Shown: piece after piece, positions 8,883 through 21,250 of the stretch
Layout: each line of letters opens with the position of its first letter
How positions within the stretch are numbered: the stretch's first letter is position 1
From: Asterias rubens
Lineage: Eukaryota
Assembly: GCF_902459465.1 (NCBI RefSeq)
Contig: NC_047079.1
Coordinates: 8,060,001 to 8,124,000 of the forward strand
Length of the DNA: 64,000 bases
Direction of reading: 5' to 3'
The notes under the pieces: generated by a model
What the model saw: the letters and a program-made list of their open reading frames with translations, nothing else
Database searches by the model: none
Told to the model about the DNA's origin: nothing
Made by a program: the position numbers and the translations under genes

Positions 8883-11800
8883 ATGATTTGGTTCTCCATT
8901 TTCAAAGCCATTTTGACCCGTCTGCTTTTTGCTGGCCACACCGTAGCAGCCATCCAACTGATTGTTGGACTGACGTCTGACACATCTTACTATCTATTGG
9001 CCCTAACTTCATTGGTTCAAGTGGCTGAGTTAATCTTCACGATGGCTTGGAAAAAGGGAGGAGAATGGAAGTGGTAAGTTGAGTATGTTATTTCGTGGAT
9101 TAAGTTTGTGTAACAAAACTGTGCCAAATTTACTCGTGAGCAAGCGTGGCATGGTGCGGACCAGAGTACAAAAGAAATACAAAAGAAACGGGTGCACTTG
9201 AGTCCTTTCATTTTGAAGACTTGATTCCTTACATTCTGTAGACTTGAGTCCTTACACTCTGTAGACTTGAGTCCTTACATTCTGTAGACTTGAGTCATTT
9301 CATTCTGTAGACTTGATTCCTTACATTCTGTAGACTTGAGTCCTTACACTCTGTAGACTTGAGTCCTTACATTCTGTAGACTTGAGTCCTTACATTCTGT
9401 AGACTTGAGTCCTTTCATTCTGTAGACTTGAGTCCTTACATTCTGTAGACTTGAGTCCTTTCACTCTGTAGACTTGATTCCTTACATTCTGTAGACTTGA
9501 GTCCTTACACTCTGTAGACTTGAGTCCTTACATTCTGTAGACTTGAGTTCTCGCATTTTTGAAGACTTCAGTCCTTTCATTCTGTAGACTTGAGTCTTTA
9601 CATTTTGTAGACTTGAGTCCTCATGTTCTGTGGACTTGAGCTTCACAAATTAAACTCCGTTTTTTTTCTGACGAGGAAATATTTTGTAAGTGTGGTTATT
9701 GTTTCAAAGTGAAGTAGAATAGCATTATTGTATGATAGGCCTATATTACCTAACCACAATGGAAGTATAATAGCATTATTGTATAATAGGCCTATATTAC
9801 CTAACCACAATGGGAGTAGAATAGCATTATTGTATGATAGGCCTATATTACCTAACCACAATGGAAGTAGAATAGCATTATTGTATAATAGGCCAATATT
9901 ACCTAACCACAATGGAAGTAGAATAGCATTATTGTATAATAGGCCCATATTACCTAACCACAATGGAAGTAGAATAGCATTATTGTATAATAGGCCCATA
10001 TTACCTAACCACAATGGAAGTAGAATAGCATTATTGTATAATAGGCCTATATTACCTAACCACAATGGAAGTAGAATAGCATTATTGTATAATAGGCCTA
10101 TATTACCTTACCACAATGAAATATCAAGAGTACAACGCTTTTCATTGTCTATGTATCTTGAACATTTGCCACTTTAACAACACTATTAGTAATTAACACG
10201 GCAGTAATTACCTGTTTGTAAGAGTTTTAGTGATATATAGTTTGGTTTCACTCATCTGAATTTCTAGTAAGTGGATTGAAAGGGGTCAAAGTCCATTGTA
10301 AATAACTTGAAAAGAGGAAAGACTTAAAAACGGTTATTTTTGTGAGATGTCGCTTTAGTAAGCTCTTATAAAATTACTTCGATAATGTTGGCATCGTTCA
10401 ATCAATATAAAGTACATATTTCAAGATGTATAATATGTCACTCCTGATGATATGAGGTATCCGATAATGTCACTCCTGATGATATGAGGTATCAGATAAT
10501 GCGCCCAACAATAATTTACAATCTGACATCTTCAATGGACCGACATATGTTTATTAATGAAATAAAAACCTTCCTCTTTCCAAATTCCAGCAGGTCATTC
10601 AGAAAATTTCTTGTTAGAGGTGAAACAGATTTTAATCTTATTTTTTTGTTCTGTATTAACGATTTGTCTCAATGAGTGTAGAATCTTGACTTAACTGTAC
10701 ATAATATTGGTAGACTGAGGAAGACTTATACTGTATTCAAATTTCCCCGATTTTGAGAGAATATTACCTTTAGCATTTGCCACCACTTAAAGTCAGCTTC
10801 AAGTACGCGTCTTGTGATTAATGACCTAAACGATCTTAGCAAACCAAATAAAAGCCGGTCAAAATAGAGCCTTCAATTTTAAGCCGTCTAAAAGTCAATT
10901 GCTACGGTACATACATCATTCAGGCAAAGCCGAAATGAACTAATGAACTCGTAGTCAGTATTAATTTCCGTTTCATCGTAATTAATTCGTATCTTTGTGA
11001 GGAGGGATGGCGATGGTAATGAAGGGGAGACTATTGCTGCAGATTGATTTGATGGAGACTCTGATGATGACCATAGCCATCTTATAGTTACTGACTGCTT
11101 GAATATAGCAGTGTACAAGCAGCTTCAAAAGGCACGCTTACACCCACTCTTATAAAACTGGGTCATTCTATCCCTCTCTGGATCAAGCTGACCTCCTCTA
11201 CAGTGGCATGACCGATGGTGGATGGGGGGCGTCGCGGGTGGGGAGGGGATCGGGGCGTGAAGATATATCAGAAAATACAATGATAGGATCTTGTCCTGGT
11301 TCTGAATGGATCTCATAGTACAACCACTAAAATAACAACTTTAGCTGTCAGTAACTTCCCAAGTTTTAGTAAACTCATTATTTTATATTACATTCAACAT
11401 TGGGTTAAACAATATATCAATTTTGCTTTTAGGTTTTGCCCAAGCGTGATCGTTTTTCTCTTGGGATCAGTGCCGACTATTTGGGTATTGGAATTGGAGT
11501 TGTTAGAGCGCCGTTTAACAACAATGAAGCATGTCAACGGTGAGATAGTCGATGATGTCCAAAAGGTAAGATCGTGGGCAAGATTTAGTTTAAATTTCAG
11601 TACACTTCATGCGAAACGTTTAACTCTTATTTGTTTTGTTTTTACCTAAACTCATCAACAATGATCACTTACGAACGACACATTCAGAATAATGTAGGCC
11701 TTAAGGCCCTTTTTATGCTTACTATTGCTAAACTTTAGTGTACCAATGGAGGTTTTCACAGGATGATGACGAAATGATGGAAAGACACAATGATTTATAA

Positions 11801-13021
11801 TATACACGTGGCATTTTAAATGTTGTACAAAGGCGAGTCGGATCGCTCAATATGACTCGGTGTCTTTTAATGTTTTTTCTTGACTGTACAGCGCTTTGAA
11901 ACAGTGTTAAAGCGCTTTATAAATGCATTTAAGTTAAGTTATAAAGTTAAGTCTAGATCTATATTGGAAGGGGATACAGGACGCCAGACTTAACTGTTGG
12001 TGTCCATAATACAAAGGTGGAGCTGGATGTGACAAGGGAAGTCGACTTGTAACCATGGAAACACTAAAGTCTTCTCTTGGTTGACATGACATTATTATAG
12101 TACATGGAATAAACACTAGAATACAGACAACAATGAAATAAAAGCCTAGTCATTATAATTCCATCTTATCATTTTACTTGATAGGATAATGGGCAGACGC
12201 AATGGATCTTAGTGGTAGAGCAGATGCTACCATTACTTCTTATTGTCGGTCGATGGCTTCTACCTAAAGGTGCCATTACACGAAATGAACTATCGGAACT
12301 CTTACTCGTTTACTTCGCTACAGCAGCTGATATCATTGAATTCTTCGATGGGTTTAATGAGGTTAGCGTCAAGTATGATCGTTCACTGGTACTCACCCTT
12401 CTCACCTTATGGAGTTGGAGTCTTATTCAATTCGCTCTCGTTATGACGTCTATCAGGGACCAGCGTGGAACTTCTTCCAGACAGTCAAAACCGACTACAC
12501 CTAGTGATGGTCAACGTAAAATAAAGAGGGCTCTATTCAAAAGGTTTCCGCGTTTGGCCTCGTCTCGAGTCGTTGGACCTCTACCCACTTCTGAAACGAA
12601 TGACGGGTTGATGGTCATACCAATTAAACCTAAGCACGAGATGCGTGAAGACACGGTACCAACGTTCACTTGTCTAGATACAAGCGTCTGGTCTATAGTA
12701 GCAAGCCTACTCCTCCAAGACGCCCCATTCTTAGTATTTCGTCTGACATTAATTCTTCGCTATCGGGTCTATAGTCATACTAATGTCTTCTTCACATGCA
12801 AAAACGCCCTAGTGATTGTGTTACAGACTTACAGAATCTTCGTTCTGCATATAGAAAGGCGCGAAAAGGTGCGACTTCAAAAGAAGGCTACGGATGCAAC
12901 AGCAAAGGAAATAGCAAATCTGAAGAAAAATGGGTTTTTGTTTGTACACGAGAAGAATCTGCCGACAAAAGAAAATGATGAAGACCCATACGATGTCGTC
13001 TCCATGAATTCTTCACAATAA
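8883..13021 (+). CDS. TMEM26: Transmembrane protein 26-like
   Basis: Exons 8883-9073, 11433-11565, 12185-13021, GT-AG and frame-consistent. Motifs AILTRLLF, KKGGEWKWFCPS, GSVPTIWVLEL, IVGRWLLPKG.ITRNELSELLL..ATAADIIEF and QDAPFLVFRL match recalled TMEM26. Confidence 0.92.
9195..9640. repeat. 23-bp minisatellite, about 19 copies, in TMEM26 intron 1
   Basis: Unit GACTTGAGTCCTTACATTCTGTA, period 23. Confidence 0.95.
9713..10118. repeat. 51-bp minisatellite, about 8 copies, in TMEM26 intron 1
   Basis: Unit AGTAGAATAGCATTATTGTATAATAGGCCTATATTACCTAACCACAATGGA. Confidence 0.95.
10435..10501. repeat. 32-bp tandem duplication
   Basis: ATGTCACTCCTGATGATATGAGGTATC(C/A)GATA x2. Confidence 0.9.
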
Positions 13022-13820
13022 AGAGCATCAGTTCTTCAAATCGTCCGTGGACTACTTAGCATATGATGCACTAAAGAAATAAACCACTATTTCTGGTTTG
13101 TTTCGTACAAGTGACGTCTAGATATATTATGCAAGCCATATTAAAAGAAAAGTACCTTTATGCAAAGTTTTTTGTTTATTTAATTTCGCTAGCTTGATTG
13201 ATGATGTTTCATGGCCACATTCGATGTATTGCTGACGATGTCACGATGTCGCAACAGCAATGGAGCCCTTGTTTATCGTGCTAGTTAGTGAATTAAGTGC
13301 TACATGCTATGTCCTCCACATTTCTGCTTGTCGCCATTTTCTTCTTACCACTGTTTTGTTAGTTTATTTGTTGTTTGTGTTAGTGTGTTATTTAGCCTTC
13401 CGAGGCCAGGCTATGGTCAAGACTAAAGATCTAAAAATATTTGCACTAAATTTCTTTCAAGCAAAATGATGAAAAGATCAGTTTTGGCGTAAGAAGTGAC
13501 GCAGACTTTTGGAAGAAACATTTTGGTCCACTGTATTGAGCGACGAACCATCGGAAAGGTGTATAGGCCTATGTGACCCCATCCGTTAAAGCTAGTCGTT
13601 TGCCTCACAACTTTATAAAATAACTAAAACAAAAGGTGTCATGAATAAACTGTCTCCTCAAAATAATTAATGCATGATTTGAAAGGGCATGCCAGTCACC
13701 ATGTGCTAGTCAGTCCCGTACGCGGGTCCCGTACGCAGTGGGCGAGGCCACACAGCTATGTGCGGTGGAGTAAACACATATTCTTACAAACAAACGAACG
13801 CAAATTGTTCCATTTCCAAG

Positions 13821-15791
13821 ATGGCGACGCCCATCGCAGAATTACCGGAACTGGAAAATCTATGTGATTTGGAACAAATAACTCATCTCGATGTCAATGA
13901 AAACAACAGGAAAGAGGTGGACGATTGTAAGAGTGAAGTAACATATGAAGCATCGATCGATAAACTACCCGAAGAAGCTTTGACCAATGTTATATCGTTC
14001 GTTTCCGATAAATGGTTGCTGAATTGTGCCCTCGTCTGTCGGCTTTGGAGAAATGTCATCAAGGGGCAGACACTTTGGCGGGAGAAGTGTTACCGAACAA
14101 GCCGATTCATTGAGAGGTATATGGCACCCTTTTATCCAGAAAACTGGAAGGAATTCTACCTGAAATCTCCTTATACTAGAAATCTCATCAAGAATCCAAG
14201 TGGCAAAGGTTAGCTTTTGACTTTGTTTGATAAATCTCTACGTGGGCTATGTTGTAAAAAAAAAAAAAAAAAAACAAGATTGGAAATGTATGTTACCTTT
14301 TATATCATGAATTAAATAGGTTCCCTGTCTAAAACCATGTTATAAATAAATTTGTGATGTGATTAATTTTTTAGTTTTTGGAAGGCAGATATACTGGATG
14401 GAGGAAGCAAGGAACACAAATTAAACAGTTTATTAAAATTTAAAAAAGGGCTGCAAATGTTCTTTGATTCTTAATTTTCATTTGAATAGGCCAACACCAT
14501 ATTTGATTTTTAAGTACTTTTTTTTCAATTAAAAGATGGTGTTAAAGGTGGCTGGATCATAACAGAGAATGGAGGAAATGGTTGGGTTGTAGAAACTGGA
14601 GATCATGGTTCTGCTAAGAAACCAGATAAACTGCTTGCAATTAGTGATGGAAGTCCAACTCAATTTGCCACATCATACGGATTGTGTCAGCGTTATCAGC
14701 TGATTGACCTTTTACAAGAAGGTTTCTCACCTGCTATGCTGGATGAAGGCCAACCAGATATAGTCATCTCTGAATGGTAAGTCATTTACATAAAGGAATG
14801 GGGAGATGTTGTCGAACAAGTACTGTAGCTCACAAAGCTTTGGCTTGAGATGAGTTTCAACATTCTTTTCCCCTACCCCTACAGAGTGGAATGGAATCTT
14901 TCCCTCACCTTGGATCTATCTTTTTGTATCTGAAAATGTATGACGTTGGCTCGTTTGTTACAACCCTCAAGAACAATTGCAGTTCAAAATTATTCAAAAT
15001 TAATATTCTTTATCCCCGATGCAAATTTAACATCTATTATATCGTTGCGGTACCCGCTGCCAAAACATAGGATTCGAACTGCCTCTAGCTGCCGGGCAAC
15101 CTCGGTAGTGTAGTTGGTGAGACACTGCTCTAGAGTTGCAAGGGTCGTGGGTTCGAATCCCACCCGAGTAACATGCCTGTGATATTTTTTCACAGGACTC
15201 GGGAAAGTACTGAGTATGCAGTGCTAACACACATCGGTGTATGGGTAAAAGCCAAAAATTAATATTCTTTATCCCCGATGCAAATTTAACATCTATTATA
15301 TTACAGTTTGATTTTTCTTTGTTGTTCAGGTATGCTGCACGTTTTGACTGTGCAAATGTTTACTCACAGAAAGTGCAACTACTGAGGGAAAATTCAAATG
15401 AACCAGTCAATATTATTGAAGAGTTTGTTTTTGGACCAATTGAAACACAACAGTGGGCTCCGAATGACTGGAAAGAGGTAAGTCTAAGTCATTAACTATT
15501 GCAGCTCACAGGTGCACTTATTTTGTTACGCCACTAAGTGGCTGTCAAATTATTGGATGCCACACTAACATTACATAATTCTACAATGAGTATAAAGACC
15601 TTGACTAGAGTCATGTTGCTTTTATTTATCCATAGGTTAGACACATATTCTCCAATTACGGAAAAGGCTTACGGTTTATTAAGTATATGGATGAGAGCAA
15701 AGATAGGCAGTTCTGGGCGGGGCACTATGGATCCAAGATGGCAGGATCAGTTGTCAAGCTTCAGTTTCATAAGGATGATCCAGATGAATAA
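13821..15791 (+). CDS. F-box protein with FBA sugar-binding domain (FBXO6/FBXO44/FBXO2 family)
   Basis: Exons 13821-14208, 14536-14776, 15330-15477, 15636-15791. F-box (IDKLPEEALTNVISFV...LVCRLWRNVI), RNLIKNPSG, ENGGNGW, FATSYGLC, QPDIVISEWYAARFDC, FSNYGKGLRFI, KDRQFWAGHYGSKM. Confidence 0.92.
14996..15301 (+). mobile_element. tRNA-derived SINE-like element, copy 1, flanked by 47-bp direct repeats (F-box intron 2)
   Basis: tRNA-like head 15101-15168 (A box TAGTGTAGTTGG, T-arm GTGGG-TTCGAAT-CCCAC). Identical 47-bp repeats at 14996-15042 and 15255-15301. Homologous to 50388-50605. Confidence 0.85.
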
Positions 15792-17078
15792 AAAAATTTT
15801 TTTTTAGAGTAATTCATTGAAGAGAATTGCTTCTGCTCCTCAGAATTCAATGATCCCCATTTTTTCTGGATAGACAACTTACACACAGTTCGTGCCAAAT
15901 AAGGTCATATATTCAAGAAGCTGACTCATTGAACAATTTATGAGGAATGAACAAATTCTCCATTAAGTTGTTGGGTATTTGTAGTTGACCGGGTGCTTGT
16001 AAATGGTTTAATTGTCTGCAATATTGTTGAATTGTGTAATTTTTCACCGTTAACAAATTTGCATAAATAATACTTATTGGAAAAAATTACATCAAAATAT
16101 GTTAATGGAGAACAGCAAATGTATACTCATCATCTTGATGCCTTATTACACAGTTAACTGTAATCATAAATAATTTAAATGTATATTTAATGAATGAAGC
16201 TGATTGTAAAGTCATGAAGAAAAACATTCTTACTTTTTGAGAGTGCAATAAAACAGTGGACGTACACTGACAAAAGAGGGCGGTGTACTGTTTTGTGCTT
16301 AGTGGTGTACCGGGAAAGCAACCACAACAGACAATAGGGTAACAAGGACATTGCGGGTGGAAGTTTGTACATAGGAGGTACAAAAGCAAAGTTGTTTTTT
16401 ACAATATTTGTTACAAAGTCAATTATAACATCTTTGTCCAATTTAGTCATTTAACTACAGTGGTTTGTACAGTTGTATGCATGCTTTAACAGAGTAGTAG
16501 CAATATTGAAACAGTCGGACTTCTGTCAACAATTTTAGTGGCCGGTGTGGCAGGAGATTCTGTCCCCCATATGGCAAACTGTGTACAAACTTGTTCTGAT
16601 AGCGCCCTCTTTTGAAACATCCTCCTCAGCCCATGTTGTTATCTTAAATTCATTTGGAAATTATGGCACAAAATGAAACATTTTCCATATGGCGAGTGTA
16701 GGTTCTTGCCTGCCAGAAAGGAATCGGAATGTACAAGGTCATTTGTTTTGAAAGGTTACAGTCCATTGCAATTACCAAGAACTGTTAATCATAGAGTATG
16801 TGCTTTTATATTACAATAAACAATCATATTACTTATACGTTATATTAAATTATACATGATTTTTTCTTTATTTTTACATGTTAACTTTTATAGAACTTTC
16901 CCTTACCAAATACATGAACAGATTATGTTTTATAACATTGATTTTGATGCAAATAAAGTTTCTTTTGTTGTTGCATTGTTATGCACTGGATCACTCAATC
17001 CGTTTCAGACAATCTCGGTTAAAAAAAAAAACCAATACAGTAACGTAATGCTGCATATGACTTTTAACTTGCAGTCTG

Positions 17079-17895
17079 TATGGGGCACCGTCTGTCAATT
17101 AATTGTTTGGCATTTTTAAGGCTTGTTTTTATCATGGTTTATAGCAATTAGATGTAAACCATAGAAAGTGTTGCCAAATCCTTTTTATGGTTTACATACC
17201 AGTAGTATTTTGTGTGTGTAAGTTTATGGTTTACAAACCATGAACATGCAACAAACATTTATAAATCATGGTTCATAAACCATGGAATTTGTACGCATCT
17301 TTAAAACATGGTTTATAAACCAGAAAGAAATGAAGCATCAAATTCATGGTTTACAAATCATGGTTTATAAACCATGAAAATTGGGTCATCTTAAAAACAT
17401 GGTTTATAAACCATGAAAATTTAAGCATGAAAATCATGGTTTACAAACCATAAAATAGAAGCACGAAAATCATGGTTTAAAAAATATGGTTTATAAACCA
17501 TAAAAATTGAGTCATTTAAAAAACATGGTTTATAAACCATGAAAATTGAAACATGAAAATCATGGTTTACAAATCATGGTTTATAAACCATAAAAATTGA
17601 AGCATGAAAAACATGGTTTACAAATCATGGTTTATAAACCATGAAAGTTAAGGCATCTTGAAAACATGGTTTATAAACCATGAACATTGAAACGTGAAAA
17701 TCATGATTTATAAATGTTCATGTTGCATGTTCATGGTTTGTAAACCATAAACTTACACACACAAAATACTACTGGTATGTAAACCATAAAAAGGATTTGG
17801 TAACACTTTCTATGGTTTACATCTAATTGCTATAAACCATGGTAAAAACATGCCTTAAAAATGCCAAACAATTAATTGACAGAGGGCGCCCCATA
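17079..17895. mobile_element. Non-autonomous palindromic DNA transposon (MITE), about 190-bp TIRs, 6-bp TSD; IS3EU-like termini
   Basis: TATGGGGC... / ...GCCCCATA termini; TIRs nearly identical over about 190 bp; TSD AGTCTG at 17073-17078 and 17896-17901; interior built from TGGTTTATAAACCA palindromes. Confidence 0.9.
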
Positions 17896-19658
17896 AGTCT
17901 GTGACTAGAATTGTATTCACATTAAAGGAATATTTAACATTTTGACTCTCGTTATTTATATTAATCTTCACGATATTACCATAAACCAAAACAACTTTTC
18001 CTAACTTTTTATTTTACACATTAGTAGTTTGGTTTTGTTGATTGAAGTAAGAGTGAGGTGCAACTCAACTTTACTTGCGTAATAACTTTACTTTAAAATT
18101 ATACATTTATGTTGACATTACAAAGTTACATGTGACTCAATCGAGCTCATTGTGCTATAAAATAAAACGAGATTTATATATGACATTGACACGTTTTTCT
18201 GTGTAATAGATAAAGTCTTGTGAATACATGAATGGTTGATTATTTACACTGTCTGTGCCTTGGTAGTAATCGATAGGTAATCGATACAATTTCTACCAGA
18301 ATACCAGTGTATCCCTTTATAGTTATTAATCAAACTGCCAGGTCTTGGATATTTGATTGGATGTGATTATTTCCTGTCTTACGATTCATCTCAATGAACT
18401 CCGGTTTCAATCCCTCTTCACAACCCTAGCTTCTCATTTTACACAAATAAGAAGCCTTGGCTATGTTTGAAATTTGAACCACGATACTAGTAATTGACTG
18501 CAAAAATCTTGAAAACCAATCACCCTTTCAGCAAATTCGGGCGCTGCATGGCCTAGAGTTTACGGGATCATAAACAATAACTCGCTTTTTGTTTGAATTA
18601 ACTATACGGTTGTAATGATTGGGGATGTGTTCGTGCTATACCTAATTGCCTTAGAATGCGGAAATTAGGAATGTCCCTAGAACATCCTGTGTACAAAAAT
18701 GCGCACTTTAAATATGACGCCATTTGACGTAATGGGATGTTGACAAAACAAGCACTGCAAGGGTACACATGTAACGACTCTTTCACTGTTTGAACTTGAG
18801 GTTAGAGGCTTGTAATTTTTATTTATACTCTTTCTTATTTAGACTCTATTTTGTGGAAAATGACCGCATCACAAAAATGATTTTGACCTTGAAGTCCCCT
18901 TCTTAAATAAAAGCTTATAATTTGTCAAGATTTTAAAAAGAGCTTTTTGAAATAAAAATTCAAAATTTGTGGGTCATATTGCTCATTAGTTGGACCTTGC
19001 ATCTTAGTTGTAAAAATATGCTCTGATTCTTGTTTTGCATTTTTCCTAAGAAACTATCCTGTAGAAACCTTACAGTAAACAAGATTTCTCACTCGTGTAA
19101 ACCTTGACACTATTTGGCTGATTGCTGGTCTCCATATATAAAAGCTTTACACTTGCTATTTTTCTATGGAATCATCCGATTTATCAATTCAAAGATTCAT
19201 CAATTGCATTTTCGTGCATTTAGCCTTAAATAGGAGACAATCTGAAGTGATTAGGTAACTTGTCATCGGGGCAAGTGGCCAATAAAAAAAACAAATTTTA
19301 CAGCAATTTGATAAATTCTGAGTCAAACTGCATGATAACAATTGGTACACTAAAGGTTAGATCGAACTCATTCCAGATCTCTTGCTTAGTATTTTAGTAA
19401 GTGTTCTAATGTTGAGTTACAAACCCTACATTACGCCATGGCTCACTTATTGAGTGTCAGTTTTAAATTAATAGGTTGGTCATTAACAAAAGTTTTATCA
19501 ATTTTAGGCAAATAATATTCGTAACCGGAATTCGTCAAAAGTGTTGGTTACTCTACTGCCAAGAAACCGCAACTTGCTAAATTCGGCACTGTTGATAAAG
19601 ATATTTTATTTTGACAATGAAAAATGGATTACTTTGTAATTATGTAATACAATCTCAC

Positions 19659-20603
19659 CTGCCGCTAGGCTCAGAATATAGAGTGTCGAGTTTGATTTCC
19701 TGAATGCTTAAACAAAGACAGCTACGACCACGATGTTTCCTATAACACCAAACACGCATATCCTGGCGAGGAATGGTACCTCCCACGAACCCCTGGTTGA
19801 ATCCCCGATGATGTCACCCCAAGTAGGTTCCCCTGTACCCCTGGTTGAATCCCCGATGATGTCACCCCAAGTAGAATCCCCTGTACCCCTGGTTGAATCC
19901 CCGATGATGTCACCCCAAGTAGGTTCCCCTGTACCCCTGGTTGAATCCCCGATGATGTCACCCCAAGTAGGTTCCCCTGTACCCCTGGTTGAATCCCCGA
20001 TGATGTCACCCCAAGTAGGTTCCCCTGTACCCCTGGTTGAATCCCCGATGATGTCACCCCAAGTAGGTTCCCCTGTACCCCCCTGGTTGAATCCCCGATG
20101 ATGTCACCCCAAGTAGGTTCCCCTGTACCCCTGGTTGAATCCCCGATGATGTCACCCCAAGTAGGTTCCCCTGTACCCCTGGTTGAATCCCCGATGATGT
20201 CACCCCAAGTAGGTTCTCCTGTACCCCTGGTTGAATCCCCGATGATGTCACCCCAAGTAGGTTCCCCTGTACCCCTGGTTGAATCCCCGATGATGTCACC
20301 CCAAGTAGGTTCCCCTGTACCCCTGGTTGAATCCCCGATGATGTCACCCCAAGCAGGTTCCCCTGTGTTGGTAACCTGGATAAGGGAGTCATCCTCAGCT
20401 AAACCCAAGTGAGATATCAGTCCAGCGTAGCTCGTTGGTTTACCACTGTGCCATTGACTACTAGAACTTGACACAGCTTGAGATGAGAGTTGGAATCCTC
20501 TATCTGGTTGTGTGGAATTAATTATGGTGATTAAGTGTCTATCGTTGTAAATCAGCTGTGGTTGTTTGGTGTGTGTCTCCCGCGAGTACAAATGATCAGC
20601 TTT
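19659..20603 (-). pseudogene. Disrupted exon of a class A (rhodopsin-like) GPCR: N-terminal ectodomain, TM1 and start of TM2
   Basis: Acceptor TTCTAG| at 20603 and donor GCAG|GTGAG at 19659. End of exon reads FLARICVFGVIGNIVVVAVFV*AFRKSNSTLYILSLAA (GN motif of TM1, LxLA-(D) of TM2). In-frame TAA at 19708-19710; 2-nt insertion in a C-run at 20078-20083; NST sequon upstream. Confidence 0.75.
19790..20366. repeat. 48-bp VNTR, 12 copies, inside the GPCR exon
   Basis: Unit CCCCTGGTTGAATCCCCGATGATGTCACCCCAAGTAGGTTCCCCTGTA; encodes TGEPTWGDIIGDSTRG on the minus strand. Confidence 0.97.
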
Positions 20604-21082
20604 CTAGAATAGGGATGATAACTTTCAGCCACGCGTCGTAGGCCTACATCACGTGGTTCTAGCTTGCGCCATGATCAAAGTAATACCTCGCTCCTCATTG
20701 CGATATAGAGACAGCACCAAACGTACATGTATAGTAAAGAGTGTGAGGAACATACTGCACTTCCTGCGAACGCAAATGCGATACGAATTTTTACGTTTAC
20801 GTTCTAATTCGCATCAGTTCCAAGTATTGAACTCATGCGAAACATTCACTGCAAACACTGTCATGTGACGTCAAAGTTCGTATCACATTTGCAGGAAGTA
20901 TGAACGGGCTTTAGAGTCTCCAATTATATTTGATTTCACCCCTTAGTGCAATGACGGTGTCCTATTTCACTGGACGAGGATTTCATGGACAAATTGCCAA
21001 ATTATTCCATTTTTTAGTACATTGAGAGTGTACTATTTCACATGACAAGGATTTCATGCACAAATTACAAAGTTTGCCAGAA

Positions 21083-21250
21083 ATATTTCCATTTTGTATT
21101 CCAGGTACCAAAAAAAACAATAAATGTTCCTATTGTCTCCTTACTGAGTCAACTTATTATTGATATTTCCATTTTGTATTCCAGGTACCAACAATAACAG
21201 AAAAATGTTTCTGTTGTCTCCTTACTGAGTCAACTTATTATTGATATTTC
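21083..21250. repeat. About 80-bp tandem duplication
   Basis: ATATTTCCATTTTGTATTCCAGGTACCAA...TTGTCTCCTTACTGAGTCAACTTATTATTG x2. Confidence 0.9.

Noticed and set aside
9643-10177. 140-aa and 149-aa repetitive ORFs
   Set aside because: By-products of a 51-bp (3n) intronic minisatellite, open on both strands.
10888-11316. Two same-frame minus-strand ORFs separated by one TGA in TMEM26 intron 1
   Set aside because: No recognisable homology or splice structure; at most a decayed relic.
15101-15168. Functional tRNA gene
   Set aside because: The anticodon arm does not form a 5-bp stem with a 7-nt loop, and the sequence is embedded in a dispersed repeat with a second copy at 50.4 kb. ORFs 14990-15230 and 50421-50630 are likewise repeat artefacts.
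19733-20412. Plus-strand (PLVESPMMSPQVGSPV)n ORFs
   Set aside because: Antisense readings of the 48-bp VNTR; the GPCR motifs and splice sites are on the minus strand.
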